Assembly (NCBI GenBank): GCA_951406725.2
Contig: OX597822.1
Span: 102,672,001 to 102,736,000 of the forward strand
DNA length: 64,000 bases
Direction of reading: 5' to 3'
Source of the DNA: Octopus vulgaris
Taxonomy: Eukaryota
This document shows positions 1-11,714 of the stretch, one piece after another. Position 1 is the stretch's first letter. Each line of letters begins with the position of its first letter. The position numbers and the translations under genes were made by a program. The notes under the pieces are model-generated. The model did no database searches, was not told where the DNA came from, and saw nothing but the letters and a program-made list of their open reading frames with translations.

Positions 1-720
1 AACACTTTCAGATTTCGGACACTGGTAGAATGTGTCATATAAAACGTCTTTTACTCTTAGTGTTGTTGAGAAAAGTTTCAATTATCAAAGTTATTTCGTG
101 TTAAAGTTGTCGTATTTCAGTAATTCCAACCACTCAACAACGTGTATTCAGCTGAATAAAATCACAGCTGTTGTTTGTCAACAACTTCTGGCGGTGTATA
201 TTTCATTTGTCACTGTTATTTATGACATGTTTCATCTCAGTTACGTTCGCATGAATAAACAAATGTATCTGAAGCATGTTTACTTCATGGCACCACCATA
301 ACCATTCGTGCATAATTACTGCTTTTAGTTTTTTTTTCCTGTTTTTCAACTACTATTTCTGGAAAGACTTTTTTGCGCCAATTTCTTCATTTTTTCACTT
401 TTTTCCATAACTCTAACCCTAACCCTAAAACCTTAACCCACTAAAGCTAAAACCAGTACAAACGCACAAACGATGTCATAAATAACAGTGACAAACAAAA
501 TATACACCACCGATAGTTGTTGTCGACAAACAACGGCAGTAATTTTATTCAGCTGAATACACATCATTGATTGGTTGAAATTACCGAAATACGACAACTT
601 TAACACGAAATAACTTTGAAAATAGAAACTTTTCTCAACAACACTAAGAGTAAAAGGTGACACATTCTGCCAGTGTCCAAAGTTTGAAAGTGTTTAGTTA
701 CAAAAAATTAATTTCTCGAT
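1..720. mobile_element. Fold-back (MITE-like) element with long inverted arms; left end cut by the window edge
   Basis: 1-230 is the diverged reverse complement of about 472-694 (mirror ORFs 32..301+ and 433..663-); TAACCC repeats at about 414-440 in the spacer. Confidence 0.7.
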
Positions 721-828
721 CCGCTGTTCAAAGGGTAAAGATCCGAAAAATCCAAGAACTGTCTTGTAACACAGCACTCCAACTTACCAACCAAAACAGA
801 ATGAGAAAGACATAAAAATAAAACCTAC

Positions 829-1136
829 CTTCCCAGAGGTAATATTGATCTTTCTTCCCCATAGGCTTCATCACATTCCGCAACATACTCCTTGAGTACA
901 GTGAGAACACGAACCATACGCATTGCTTCTTGCATAACTCTATTCTTACTCTCTTTGTCATCCTCTAACACACGAACAATGTCATAAGATGGTTTCAGAC
1001 GGTCTATACAAGTCTGAATGAAGTCTTCATGAATATCTACATGGTTCTGTTGTAATTGAGGACCAAGGTTAGTAAATATTTCCTTTAAGAGAGCAACAGG
1101 TTTCTCAGCAACACTTTCTGGACTGTTTAAGATTAC
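829..1136 (-). CDS. USP9X: USP9X coding exon 20 ([28 protein letters not shown]...[16 protein letters not shown])
   Basis: tattcag acceptor, AG|GTAGGT donor, 308 nt open frame. Confidence 0.94.
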
Positions 1137-1502
1137 CTGAATATAGAAGAAAATATGTAAATATTAAAAATACTGATTTTTAAAAATCAAAACATATCCT
1201 AAATTAAGAAGTATAAAGGAAAACAATAATAATCTTTAAAATTTTTCCGTCATATTAAGTGTTAAGAAACTTATTAATAGTTTTAGCATGAATTAATTTT
1301 ACAGAAGTAAACCATGGAAAACAGTACATAACAATATAATTAAAACTGTCTTTTTAAATGCGATCTTTAAAAGATAATTATTTCATTAAACTGTGTGTAT
1401 CATTATTTCATTAAAATAATTTTTAAAAGAAACTTTTGCATACTTTAAGATGCTTATAAGATAATTTAATCTCTTAGGCTTATAACAGCATTATATACAT
1501 AC

Positions 1503-1620
1503 CCTCCATAAATATTCTAAACCAATCAGTTCTAGATCATTCATCATATGACCTCCTCTTCGTTTGACTACGAGTTTGTTTTCTTTCAAATTGACATGCT
1601 TAAAGAATCTCTCATAACAA
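1503..1620 (-). CDS. USP9X: USP9X coding exon 19 ([40 protein letters not shown])
   Basis: gtttag acceptor, AGG|GTATGT donor, 118 nt. Confidence 0.95.
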
Positions 1621-2181
1621 CTAAACAAAACAAAACAAAAAAAAATAATAATTACTGTCCAGTTGTCTTTCAAAAAAAAAAAATGTCAACCAACAAAACA
1701 ATTTCATATTTATTTAAATTTTATTAATTTCAGCAACATAGTAATAGGATAGCAAGGTATTTCTTTCCTCTACAACAACACATTTCTTCCTAACTCTCGG
1801 CCATGGGCAACCACAGAACTTTCTGAATAGCATGCCTAACAAAAAAAATTATCTTCAATTTCATTTTCTAAATTTTTTTTTAGTAATGCTGCCCACCTGA
1901 TGAGGAACCATGTCTCAAGCGGGCCCACTCCTCAAAAAAGGTTGCACAGGCCTGCTTTAGCCTTTCAGCACCTGTCATGAAGCTCCCTCTACTACACTCA
2001 CACTCAATCAAAGGAGATTTTTCTGTCTTGCAGGTGATATTACTAGTGCCAGAAACAGAAAACTAGCACCCACTCTGGAAAGTGGTTGGCATTTGGAAGT
2101 GTATCCAGCTAGAAACCATGTCAAAGTAGACGGAGCTCAATGCAGTCCTCAAGCTTATCAGACCCTCTTTCTGATAAGGCC

Positions 2182-2530
2182 CATCATCATCATCATCGTT
2201 TAACGTCCGCTTTCCATGCTAGCTTGGGTTGGACGATTTGACTGAGGGCTGGCGAACCAGATGGCTGCACCAGGCTTCAATCTTGATCTGGCAGAATTTA
2301 TACAGCTGGATGCCCTTCCTAATGCCAACCACTGTGTAGTGGGTGCTTTTTACATGCCACCGGCACGGGGCCAGTCAGGTGGTACTGGCAACGACCTCGC
2401 TCGAATCTTTTACACATGCCACTGGCACAGGTGCCAGTGAGGCGATGCTGGTAACGATCACGCTCGAACGGTGTCTTTTACGTGCCACCGGCATGGAGGC
2501 CAGATAGCCACTCTGGCAACAATCATGCTC
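2182..2530 (-). mobile_element. 5'-truncated RTE-LINE 3' end / RTE-tailed SINE with (ATG)n tail
   Basis: (CAT)n-CGTTTAACGTCCGCTTTCCATGCTAGC...CTGGATGCCCTTCCTAA; the same tail follows the RT ORF at 26003-27671. Confidence 0.8.
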
Positions 2531-2820
2531 ACCCATGTTAAATGATAATGATAATGATTTGTATTGTCAATACTAAGAAATTAATGTTGTGATCAAACTT
2601 TCTTTTTCCTTCTCGATGTAAATGCTTAATAAGTATTTTTAATAAAAAAACAACAAAGTATGAATTGTGCTTATTATACATTTTACTTCCTTCAATAGAT
2701 AACCGGAAATAATTTCAACATATGACAACTTTACATTTAGAATAAGATCTTTCGCACTATCAATTATACAAGGACATGGTGCCACAGTAAGATCACAGTG
2801 TAAACTAGTATTTCTAAAAT

Positions 2821-3039
2821 TTAACCTTTTAGGTACCAACCTGAGACCATCTTGGTTCTCTGATACAAATTTCATTGTTTTACAGTGATTTAAGTTAAAA
2901 CTTTCCATCAAAATTGTAAGTTAGTTTATATTTCAAACTCTAGCTTAATAATGACAGTTATTTTCTTAAATTCTTTACTTTCAAAATTAACTGAAATAAC
3001 AGAACTGTATTTCAACAGAAATATGGTAACAAGAGTTAA
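2821..3039. mobile_element. piggyBac-type MITE (about 200-bp family), degraded
   Basis: TTAACCTTTT...AAGAGTTAA ends; internal similarity to 57575-57778. Confidence 0.65.
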
Positions 3040-3803
3040 TATTAAGAGTGAATACATCTTTCAAGTTCTCAAAAGATATATAATAGAAGAAGATATGTGT
3101 ATTTCTGGAAGACAGCTAAGAGATGAACCAGTTAAAAGTTCATAACAAATAATATCTGTCTATTATTAACTAATCAAGCTAGAAATAATGTAATTTATTC
3201 CAAAGTCATCATCATCATCATCATCTTTTAACGCCAACGTTTTGTTGCTTGCATAGGTCGGATGGAATCCACTGAGACAAATTTTCAACAGATGGATGCC
3301 CTTTCTGTCACCAACACTCATTTCCCAGCAAGGTGGTATTTCCACCAAGGCCAGACATGTTTGTCATAGAAAACTGGAAACAAATAAGACAACTTGTATG
3401 TCTGTGACACTCATTTACAACCATACAAGCATTATGTGATGTCGAGACAAAGGGCCATGTCTACTCACACATACATTATCACATACACACAACAGGCTTC
3501 TTTCAGTTTCCATTCACAAGGTTTTGGTTGTCCTGGGGCTCTAATAGAAGATATTTGCCCAAGGTGCTGCACAGTGGGCCTGAACTCAAAACCATTTGGT
3601 TGGGAAGCAAGAATCTTGAGACCACAGAGCCATGTATATAAAACAATACATGCTAATTTTACGTATTTAGAATGGAAACTCCAAACACCAAGATTAAAAC
3701 CTTTACGACCATGTACAAATTATTAAATACTTCCACAATTAATACGACAATTAGAAACAGAATACGTATAAGTCTCCAAAAAAAAATAAGGAATACAACT
3801 TAC

Positions 3804-3907
3804 TTCATTCCATTTTCTGTAAGAAGAGCAGGATCTAACAAGAGGATATTTTTCTCAAAAAAATCTCGAGTAATATCAGGATCGAGATCTGGTTCTTCTC
3901 CCATTAA
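3804..3907 (-). CDS. USP9X: USP9X coding exon 18 ([34 protein letters not shown])
   Basis: ctttcag acceptor, AA|GTAAGT donor, 104 nt. Confidence 0.95.
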
Positions 3908-3959
3908 CTGAAAGTAGACATTAAAATTAACTTCATTTAAAATCACATTTATAAAAGAA

Positions 3960-4399
3960 GTACATGAACATGGACATCGAAATAAATATCAATGGGAATA
4001 GTAGTTGTGATACCTGTGCCGGTGGCACATAAAAAGCACCATCCGAACATGGCCGTAGCCAGCGCCAACTCGACTGGCTTCTGTGCCGGTGGCACATAAA
4101 AAGCACCATCTGAACGTGGCCGTTGCCAGCACCGTATGGCTGGCTTCCGTGCTGGTGGCACGTTAAAAGCTCCAACCGATCGTGGCCGATGCCGGACTCC
4201 TCTGGCACCTGTGCAGGTGGCACGTAAAAAGCACCCACTACACTCGCGGAGTGGTTGGCATTAGGAAAGGCATCCAGCTGTAGAAAATCTACCAGATCAG
4301 TCTGGGCCTGGTGCAGCCCCTGGCTTCCCAGACCCCAGTCAAACCGTCCAACCCGTGCTAGCACGGAAAACGGACGTTAAACGATGATGATGATGATGA
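3960..4399 (+). mobile_element. RTE-LINE 3' UTR copy with repeated GTGCCGGTGGCAC modules and (ATG)n tail
   Basis: Same family as 2182-2530, opposite strand. Confidence 0.8.
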
Positions 4400-5556
4400 A
4401 TGATGTCGTCTCTTGAAAGAAGGGTATTTAAAAAAAAAACTACAATCAACGATTCTAGCCTTTAATTTTGAATTTTATACTAAGACCTACTATATCGTAT
4501 TTAGTAAGTCATCATCAACATCATCATTTTAACATCTTTCCCAAGCTTTCATGAATCAGACAAGAGTACATTGGGGCAGAACTTTTTACAACTGAATGCC
4601 CTTCCTGATGTCAGCATCTCTTTCAAACAAAATAATAATCTCCCAATCTATTAAATAACAGCCCAGGATTGTTACACAGAGAACTGGAAACAAACAACAC
4701 CCTCAGACAAAGCCCTTTTTGTTTGCAAAGAATGCACAAGTCAAAACATCTCAAGAAGCCTGGTTATGCATTTGTAGTGGACTGCAAGCAAATGACACAG
4801 TCCACATGAACAATGACACCATTGTTTACAACAGCAAACAGAACTAAAGAGGAGGAATACAAAAACACACACAGTGCATTTTGCAGGTCACCGGCATGGG
4901 TACCTTTTGCATGTTACCCAGCATGGATGCTTTTGCATGTTACCAGCACAAGTACCTTTTCTGTATCACCAGCACAGGTACCTTTTGTGTCTCCAGCTGG
5001 TGTGTCCTCAACACTGTCGATGAACTATTCCCATTAATAATAGAAATTATAATAATGGTCTCAAACTTTAGTGCAAAGCCAATAGTTTTGAGGAGAGGGA
5101 CTTAGTTGAGACCCTCAACCTAGTACTCCGCTGGTACTTTATTTTATCAACTCCAAATGGATGAAAGACAAAGCTAACCTCAGTAGGATTTGAACAAAGT
5201 ATGAAAGTAACTGAAAGAAACACTGCATACATTTCTCCCAAAGCTCAGATGATTTTGCCAGCTGAGCCCCTACCTGGTGTTTCAAATTCTGACACAAGAC
5301 CACCATATTTGACTCCTGTACTTGACTGGTACTTTATTTGAGCAACACCGAAAGGATGCAAAGTAAAGTCGAACTCAACAAGATTTGCATTCAGAACTTC
5401 AAGAACTGAAAGAAATACTACAAATCATTTTGTCTAATGTATTAACAATTCTACAAGTTTGCTGCTATCTGGCCTCTCACACCTATCCTACAATGTCTCT
5501 CTAAATAAATAAACAGTCACCTCATCGCAATCCCACAGCTATGAGATAATACACAA

Positions 5557-6338
5557 CTAACCCTTTAGCATTTTAACCAGCTGTATCCAACTCAAATACT
5601 CTTCTTTTTTTTTTTTACACTCAAAGCAACCAGATCTGACTTCTCACACCTGCTCTGCAATGTCATTCCAAAAATAAACAATCACATCATCAAAATCTCA
5701 AAGCTACAAAGTAATGCATGATTAATTTAAAACAATGCGAATGAATAAGCATTACATTTGGCAGAAAGACTACCATCCCCGCCCACTATTTTCTCCACCC
5801 TGCCATTTTTTTTTTTTTATCTTGCCAAAAGCCCGTTTTCAGATACAGAGATTCCAGAAAATTGCCAAAAATCAGCATTGCTAAATTCCCACCCACCCAC
5901 AAATTCTTCAATTTTGACTTTTTCCCCCTAACTACAGAAATGTCTTAAAATTTTTGTCTGGATCATAATGTCTGTATTTTTCTGCTTATTTAGAAAGAAA
6001 AAAAACTTCTTAAAAAAACATTTTGGGAAATTTTTTCAGTATTAATCTCTGTATTTTCCCACATATTTTGAAGAAAAAAAAATTCTGAAAAAAGTTTAAA
6101 AATGAAGGAAATGGGGGTGAATTTTAAATTGCCGATTTTTGCCAATTTTTTGGCAGATTCGTATTCCCCATAGCTGAAAAGTGGGGTTTGTGTCTAAAAA
6201 AAAATTTAAGAGAAAGGGCAGTTAGGAGGGGGCAGAAGTCTTGCCCATTTGGCAGAAGAATCTGAATGCTTTAATTGAAAATCATGTGGATAAATAAGCA
6301 TTACCTTTGACAGAATAATCTGAATGCTAAAGGGTTGA
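5557..6338. mobile_element. piggyBac-type MITE (AACCCTTTAGCATT...AATGCTAAAGGGTT) interrupted by a second, unclassified element at about 5762-6247
   Basis: Terminal inverted repeats at both ends; CATTTGGCAGAA occurs on both sides of the inner insert. Confidence 0.55.
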
Positions 6339-6373
6339 TATTAGTAATAATAATAATAATAAATGATTATTAC

Positions 6374-6445
6374 CTTAGCAAACCATTTAAAGCAGGACTC
6401 TCTGTCAGCCACATATATAGCATTTTCAGCTAAACATTTCCAAAT
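6374..6445 (-). CDS. USP9X: USP9X coding exon 17 ([24 protein letters not shown])
   Basis: ttttcag acceptor, AAG|GTAATA donor, 72 nt. Confidence 0.94.
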
Positions 6446-7140
6446 CTGAAAAGAAAAGATTTAAATAAGATAATATACAACAATGGTTCCTGAAAAGACA
6501 AAATTTATTAGTTTTGAAGCTATTACAAAGCACAGTCATTAAGATAATAGTTTAATATGATTCTTAATTTATTTCTTATGTACAAACTATTCAACTACAG
6601 TCATTTTGTCTTATGCAGGTATGTCTGGTCTCAAAGAACAACAGTGGAAGAAAGCATTAATTAACTAACATTAAGCATTAGCTTTTATGTAACTAAATCA
6701 CAAATTTTACTGATATTTCTAAAAATAATAATGATTATAGAGATTCCAATTTAGTTTGTAATGAAAACTAATTACAACACCATGACTAAATGACATCAGG
6801 TAATGAAAGATCTAATTTTGAAAACAAAAAAAAATTAATACCATGAAGTGTGAAATTCCCATACGATAATAAAAAAAAATTAGTAACTGGTCATTTAAAT
6901 TAATCATCTTTGCTAATATCATGTCACCTCAGCTGCTAATGTTTTGAACAAGCGTTCAACAGAAGCTTGTTAACATAAATTAAGGTCTTTCACTGAAAAA
7001 CTATACTGCTTACAAGAAGGGGATGTTATAAGATAATTAGAATAAAAGCCATTAACAAGAAACAATTGAGTAAAATATAAGAACACTGACTTTTGAAGAG
7101 TTTATTAATAACAAAATAAAGATTTGGTTTTAGTTATAAA

Positions 7141-7400
7141 AAATAAATAAATGCGCCCTTTTTAAAGCCTAGCCAGGCTCATAGGCCCGGTTTCCCGGTT
7201 TCTATGGCGTATGTGTTCCCCAGCTGGATGGGACGCCAGTCTATCGCAGCATTACTCATTTTTGCCAGCTTAGTGGACTGGAGCAACATGAAATGAAGTG
7301 TTTTGCTCAAGAACACAACGTGTTGCCCGGTCCAGGAATCGAAACCACAATCTTACGATCATGATGCTGACACCCTAACCACTAAGCCATGCGCCTTCAC
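7141..7400 (-). mobile_element. tRNA-derived SINE (GGCGCATGGCTTAGTGGTTAG head)
   Basis: A box TGGCTTAGTGG and B-box-like GGTTTCGATTCC on the minus strand; related copies at 17750-18040, 25577-25815, 46221-46406. Confidence 0.75.
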
Positions 7401-7519
7401 AGTTTTAGTTATGGACAAAAAAAAAACTGAAAAAGACATGATAAAGCATTTTACTTATAAGAAGCATTTTAAACATTTAGTATTGCAAGGAATTAGTTTT
7501 TGGTATAATTCTATCTGCC

Positions 7520-8527
7520 ATTCTGGGCCGGTGGAACATAAAAAGCTCCATCCGAACGTGACCGATGCCAACCCCGCCAGCACCATCCGAACGTGGCCGT
7601 TGCCAGTGCAGCCTCCACTGGCTTCTGTGCCGATGGCACATAAAAAGCTCCATCCGAACGTGACTGATGCCAACCCCGCCCCGAATGGCTTCTGTGCAGG
7701 TGGCACACACCAACCGATCGTGGGATCCCGGAACATCTCGCTGTGCTTGAGGAGACCTGTTGAGTCAAGTGCATGTACATGTACATGAGAATCGAACCAA
7801 ATATCAATGGAAACAGTAGTAGTTGTGATACCTGTGCCGGTGACACATAAAAAGCACCATCCGAACGTGGCCGTTGCCAGTGCAGCCTCCACTGGCTTCT
7901 GGGCCGGTGGCACATAAAAAGCTCCATTCGAACGTGACCGATGCCAACCCCGCCAGCACCATCCGAACGTGACCAATGCCAACCCCGCCTCGAATGGCTT
8001 CTGTGCCGGTGGCACATAAAAAGCACCATCCAAACGTGGCCGACGCCAGCACCGCCTCGACTGGCTTCTGTGCAGGTGGCACATAAAAAAAAGCACCAAC
8101 CGATCGTGGGATCCCGGAACATCTCGCTGTGCTTGAGGAGACCTGTTGAGTCAAGTGCATGTACATGTACATGAACATCGAACCAAATATCAATGGAAAC
8201 AGTAGTTGTGATACCTGTGCCGGTGACACATAAAAAGCACCATCCGAACGTGGCCGTTGCCAGTGCAGCCTCCACTGGCTTCTGTGCCGGTGGCACATAA
8301 AAAGCACCATCCGAACGTGGCCGATGCCAGACCCCTCTGGCAACTGTGCAGGTGGCACGTAAAAAGCACCCACTACACTCGCGGAGTGGTTGGCGTTAGG
8401 AAGGGCATCCAGCTGTAGAAACACTGCCAGACCAGACTGGAGCCTGGGACAGCCCCTGGCTCCCCAGACCCCGGTCGAACCGTCCAACCCGTGCTAGCAC
8501 GGAAAACGGATGTTAAACGATGATGAT
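7520..8527 (+). mobile_element. Internally amplified RTE 3'-end copy
   Basis: Many roughly 55-nt GTGCCGGTGGCAC-ATAAAAAGCACC modules; the block starting CCGATCGTGGGATCCCGG occurs at 7714 and 8101; ends in the ATG tail. Confidence 0.8.
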
Positions 8528-9124
8528 TATGCACTGGCGAAGGCCAAAACATAGGGAGGAGTTCTTTTCCAAAATAACTTTCTAACAAAAAATAAAAACA
8601 AATAATCTTTAATGAATTAAAATTATGATTATTATAAATTCAAAAATAACATTTCTGGTCTCAATTTAAATCAAATTTGGCAGCAACAATTGAATAAGAT
8701 AACTGTAAAAAGGATATTAGAGGTAAAATTCAGTTCTAAAGGGCTATAAAACACAGCCTGTCTTTCATAAGGAAAGGCTTATTCTTGATGACATCACTGC
8801 ATTTGTTAACATACTAAAATCAATAGCCAACTCCACTCCATAAAGTGGTTAACACTGTCAAATTATAAAAGGCTACAATGAATAAGACATGTTCCAATTA
8901 AAAATATTCAAACAATACTAAATTTGGATATTTATTCCAAAGAGCTTTTTATCTACAAATATAAGGCTCAAATTTTCTTATAAAAAGAAAGCAAAATTTT
9001 AAAAACAAATGAAAATTTAAACAGAAAAATGTCAAAACAATATGCCATTAAAAAGATGGTGCTTCAATAATGTCATCTTCCTAGAAATAACAACTAAATC
9101 TCCCTCAAATTACACCAACCTTCT

Positions 9125-9948
9125 TTAACCCTTTCGTTACCAAACCGCCCAAGGCCGCCCGAAAAAAATTTTGGTTAATGTGACCAAACCGCCCGAATTT
9201 ACCTATTCATATTTAAATGAGAATATCAGAGCAAATCTCTTTAGTACATTCGTGAAAACACGTATTATACTTCATAAACAGTTCAACTACAGTTTTGTAC
9301 AATAATCGAAGTGTAATTTTAATTCCGTGAATTTTGAGAGATTTTGTGAAAATTTAAAAACTGTTTCTTTCGGTGATTTTTCTGAAGAAACTGGACCAAG
9401 CCACAGACTTTCCCAGAGGAGTAAAGCCTTAGACTATTTCTTTTTACTTTTTCGAATGAGCGTATTTGAAATCATTACGGCGAAAACGAACCGTTACGCT
9501 AAACGTAAACAAAGCGAAAGAAACGATAGTTTGTGGTTTCCCATAACCTTAAATGAAATTAAGATTATTTTGCCGTAAATATTATTATGGGTATCAGAAA
9601 GTTACCCAGAATAACAAATTCTATCGTAAAATTTTGTTGTATACCCAATTGAATATTAGCTAATAACCCATTTTCTATAGCGATGTTTGAACAAAATTTT
9701 AATTTTATATTTTGTTGAATTTACCTGTATCTACCTGCAATTAGAGTCACTTTGTGACAAAAATTATAGTATAGAATTGGTTGAGAATATTTCATTAAAT
9801 TATCTTCCAAAAATCAGATTAATATATTGATAAATAAAAAAGTTATAGTTGTTTAATGAAACCAGACTAAATTTATGATTACGTTAGAAATTAATTGAAA
9901 CACATAAGGGGTGTATTTTGGTCAGAAATATAGTAACGAAAGGGTTAA
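9125..9948 (+). mobile_element. Internally deleted piggyBac transposon with transposase remnant
   Basis: TTAA at 9125-9128 and 9945-9948; TIR CCCTTTCGTTAC/GTAACGAAAGGG; LDYFFLLF..FEIITAKTNRYA..WFPITLNEIK then (frameshift) NIIMGIRKLPRI resembles the PGBD/DDE_Tnp_1_7 N-terminal region. Confidence 0.85.
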
Positions 9949-11348
9949 AAAGAAGGCATTATGTGGCCCTAGAAACACTAAGTTTAAATAAAAGACGAGA
10001 TGGTCATAGCTGGAATACCTTTGATCATAGGTCTTATCAATCAAGCAGCAAAAAAGAAAATTACAGGGGCAGGAGATAGTAAAGATCAAAGGACAAAAAT
10101 ATAAAGCTTTATGTAGGAAGGAGCAAGTAGGATTTTCAGCCTTAGCTTGGAAATTGAAACCAAAGGAAAGATAACTGCAATACAAAATCAGATTTTCACG
10201 TGTAAAACCTGAAAAATGATACCCTTGAGTAAGAAACAGACCCACTAAGCTGAGTATGGGGTTTATCCAGTGAAAATCTTGAGTAACTCTTCATTGGATG
10301 TTTGTTCCAAGACATGTATTTTTATACAACAGGTAGAAAATACTCTAGATCTATGCTGACCTGAGGCTCAACAACAACCAAAATAACTTTAAAAGGATAT
10401 AATTACAAACCAAAATAAATTTAAGTGGATATGATTACAAACCAGGATGAATTGTTGAAAATTGTTGTAAGGAATGGCTGGGCTAACACAGAAAGATACT
10501 AAATAACCAACCTAACATAAAACACGATCAGGAAAATTGATATGTTGCCCTTCAGAAAGGAATAACTCTTTGAAAGAGTCAATGACCATTGGTGGGGCGG
10601 GGCGGATTTAAGAATATATTTTCACTATCTCTATTGCATTAGAATATGTCAGACTATCATAAAATTTCAGATTTTTAACTTCATGTACAGTGGGAGTTTT
10701 TTTTTTTCTCTTTTTTTTTAATTTTTTAATGATAAAAGAAATGCCGTGATATTTTCTGACTGCTACAAAAAGGGAATCAAAACCAGTCATAGGTAAATTT
10801 GTAGTAACTAGTCCCCTTCACTTACACTCAACTATATCAATTTTATTTTCCTTCCTCTTTACAAAATTGTGTGCATATTTTCAAATCAACACCTATTTGT
10901 AATTTTAAAAAGGAGAATGCAATTTTTTCCCCATTGTAAGCTTCAAACAAATATTCAATACAAGAACCAGATTAACAATCTTAGTGAAGAAATTAATGCC
11001 CAAACATTAAAACCAAATAAAATCCTATGCTTACAATGAATAAACAACTAGCACTGAATGGGTCTATACAAAAACATATCCCTATACCCTCATTCTGTGT
11101 TAATTTATTAATATGGGTTGATGTTTGTTTCAAGTTTTAGTCTACACTACATGTTCTCTGTTAGCAGTAGTAGTTCTGCTACTAATTTACAGTATGTGTC
11201 TTAAATGTCCAGTTTTCTGCTAACAGTTGGGTGCACTGAATTGGCAAAGTAGTATCAAATTAATAAGATTAGTTTTCAGTAAGTATGGTTGAAGATTATA
11301 TATTTCATATACTACCATAATGAAAGGAAAACATACAAGGTATAATAC

Positions 11349-11400
11349 CTGCTTGGCTTGAATTTCACATAACCAAAGTTGACCATCTTTCAGTAAAAAC
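11349..11400 (-). CDS. USP9X: USP9X coding exon 16 (FLLKDGQLWLCEIQAKQ)
   Basis: Weak AAG-type acceptor (atttaaag), CAG|GTATTA donor, 52 nt. Confidence 0.92.
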
Positions 11401-11488
11401 CTTTAAATATAAAAATGCATTTAAAAAAGAGGGGAAATACATTGCAGAGAACAAAGTGCTTTAGGTTTTAACACAAAGCATCTTAGAT

Positions 11489-11714
11489 TAACCCTTTTGA
11501 TACCAACTCACTTGAGATTGCCTTGGTTCTACGATACAAACTTCTTGCTTTAAAATAGTCTAAATTAAAACCTGCAATCAAAATTTCATGTTAATTTGTT
11601 TCAGACACCAACTGAATAATGATAAAGTTATTTTACCACATCCTTCCTTATTTCAAAAATTAACTGAAACATAGTCAGTGTATTTCAATAGAAATGGGGT
11701 ATCAAAAGGGTTAA
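11489..11714. mobile_element. piggyBac-type MITE
   Basis: TTAACCCTTTTGATACC...GGTATCAAAAGGGTTAA. Confidence 0.8.

Noticed and set aside
782-828. Strong downstream donor TTG|GTAAGT at 787 for exon 20
   Set aside because: The extension meets an immediate in-frame TAG; no evidence of use.
1897-1912. Isolated CTGATGA motifs (also near 28134 and 26293)
   Set aside because: No matching GAAA box and stems; 26293 is the YADD-coding region of the RT.
7520-8400. Palindromic repeat plus spacer pattern resembling a CRISPR array
   Set aside because: Spacers are related to each other, the array is part of a LINE 3' UTR seen many times in the window, the context is a eukaryotic intron and there are no cas genes.
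7303-8588. Longest ORFs in the track (161-261 aa)
   Set aside because: Overlapping frames through GC-rich tandem modules; the same pseudo-peptides recur at every repeat copy.
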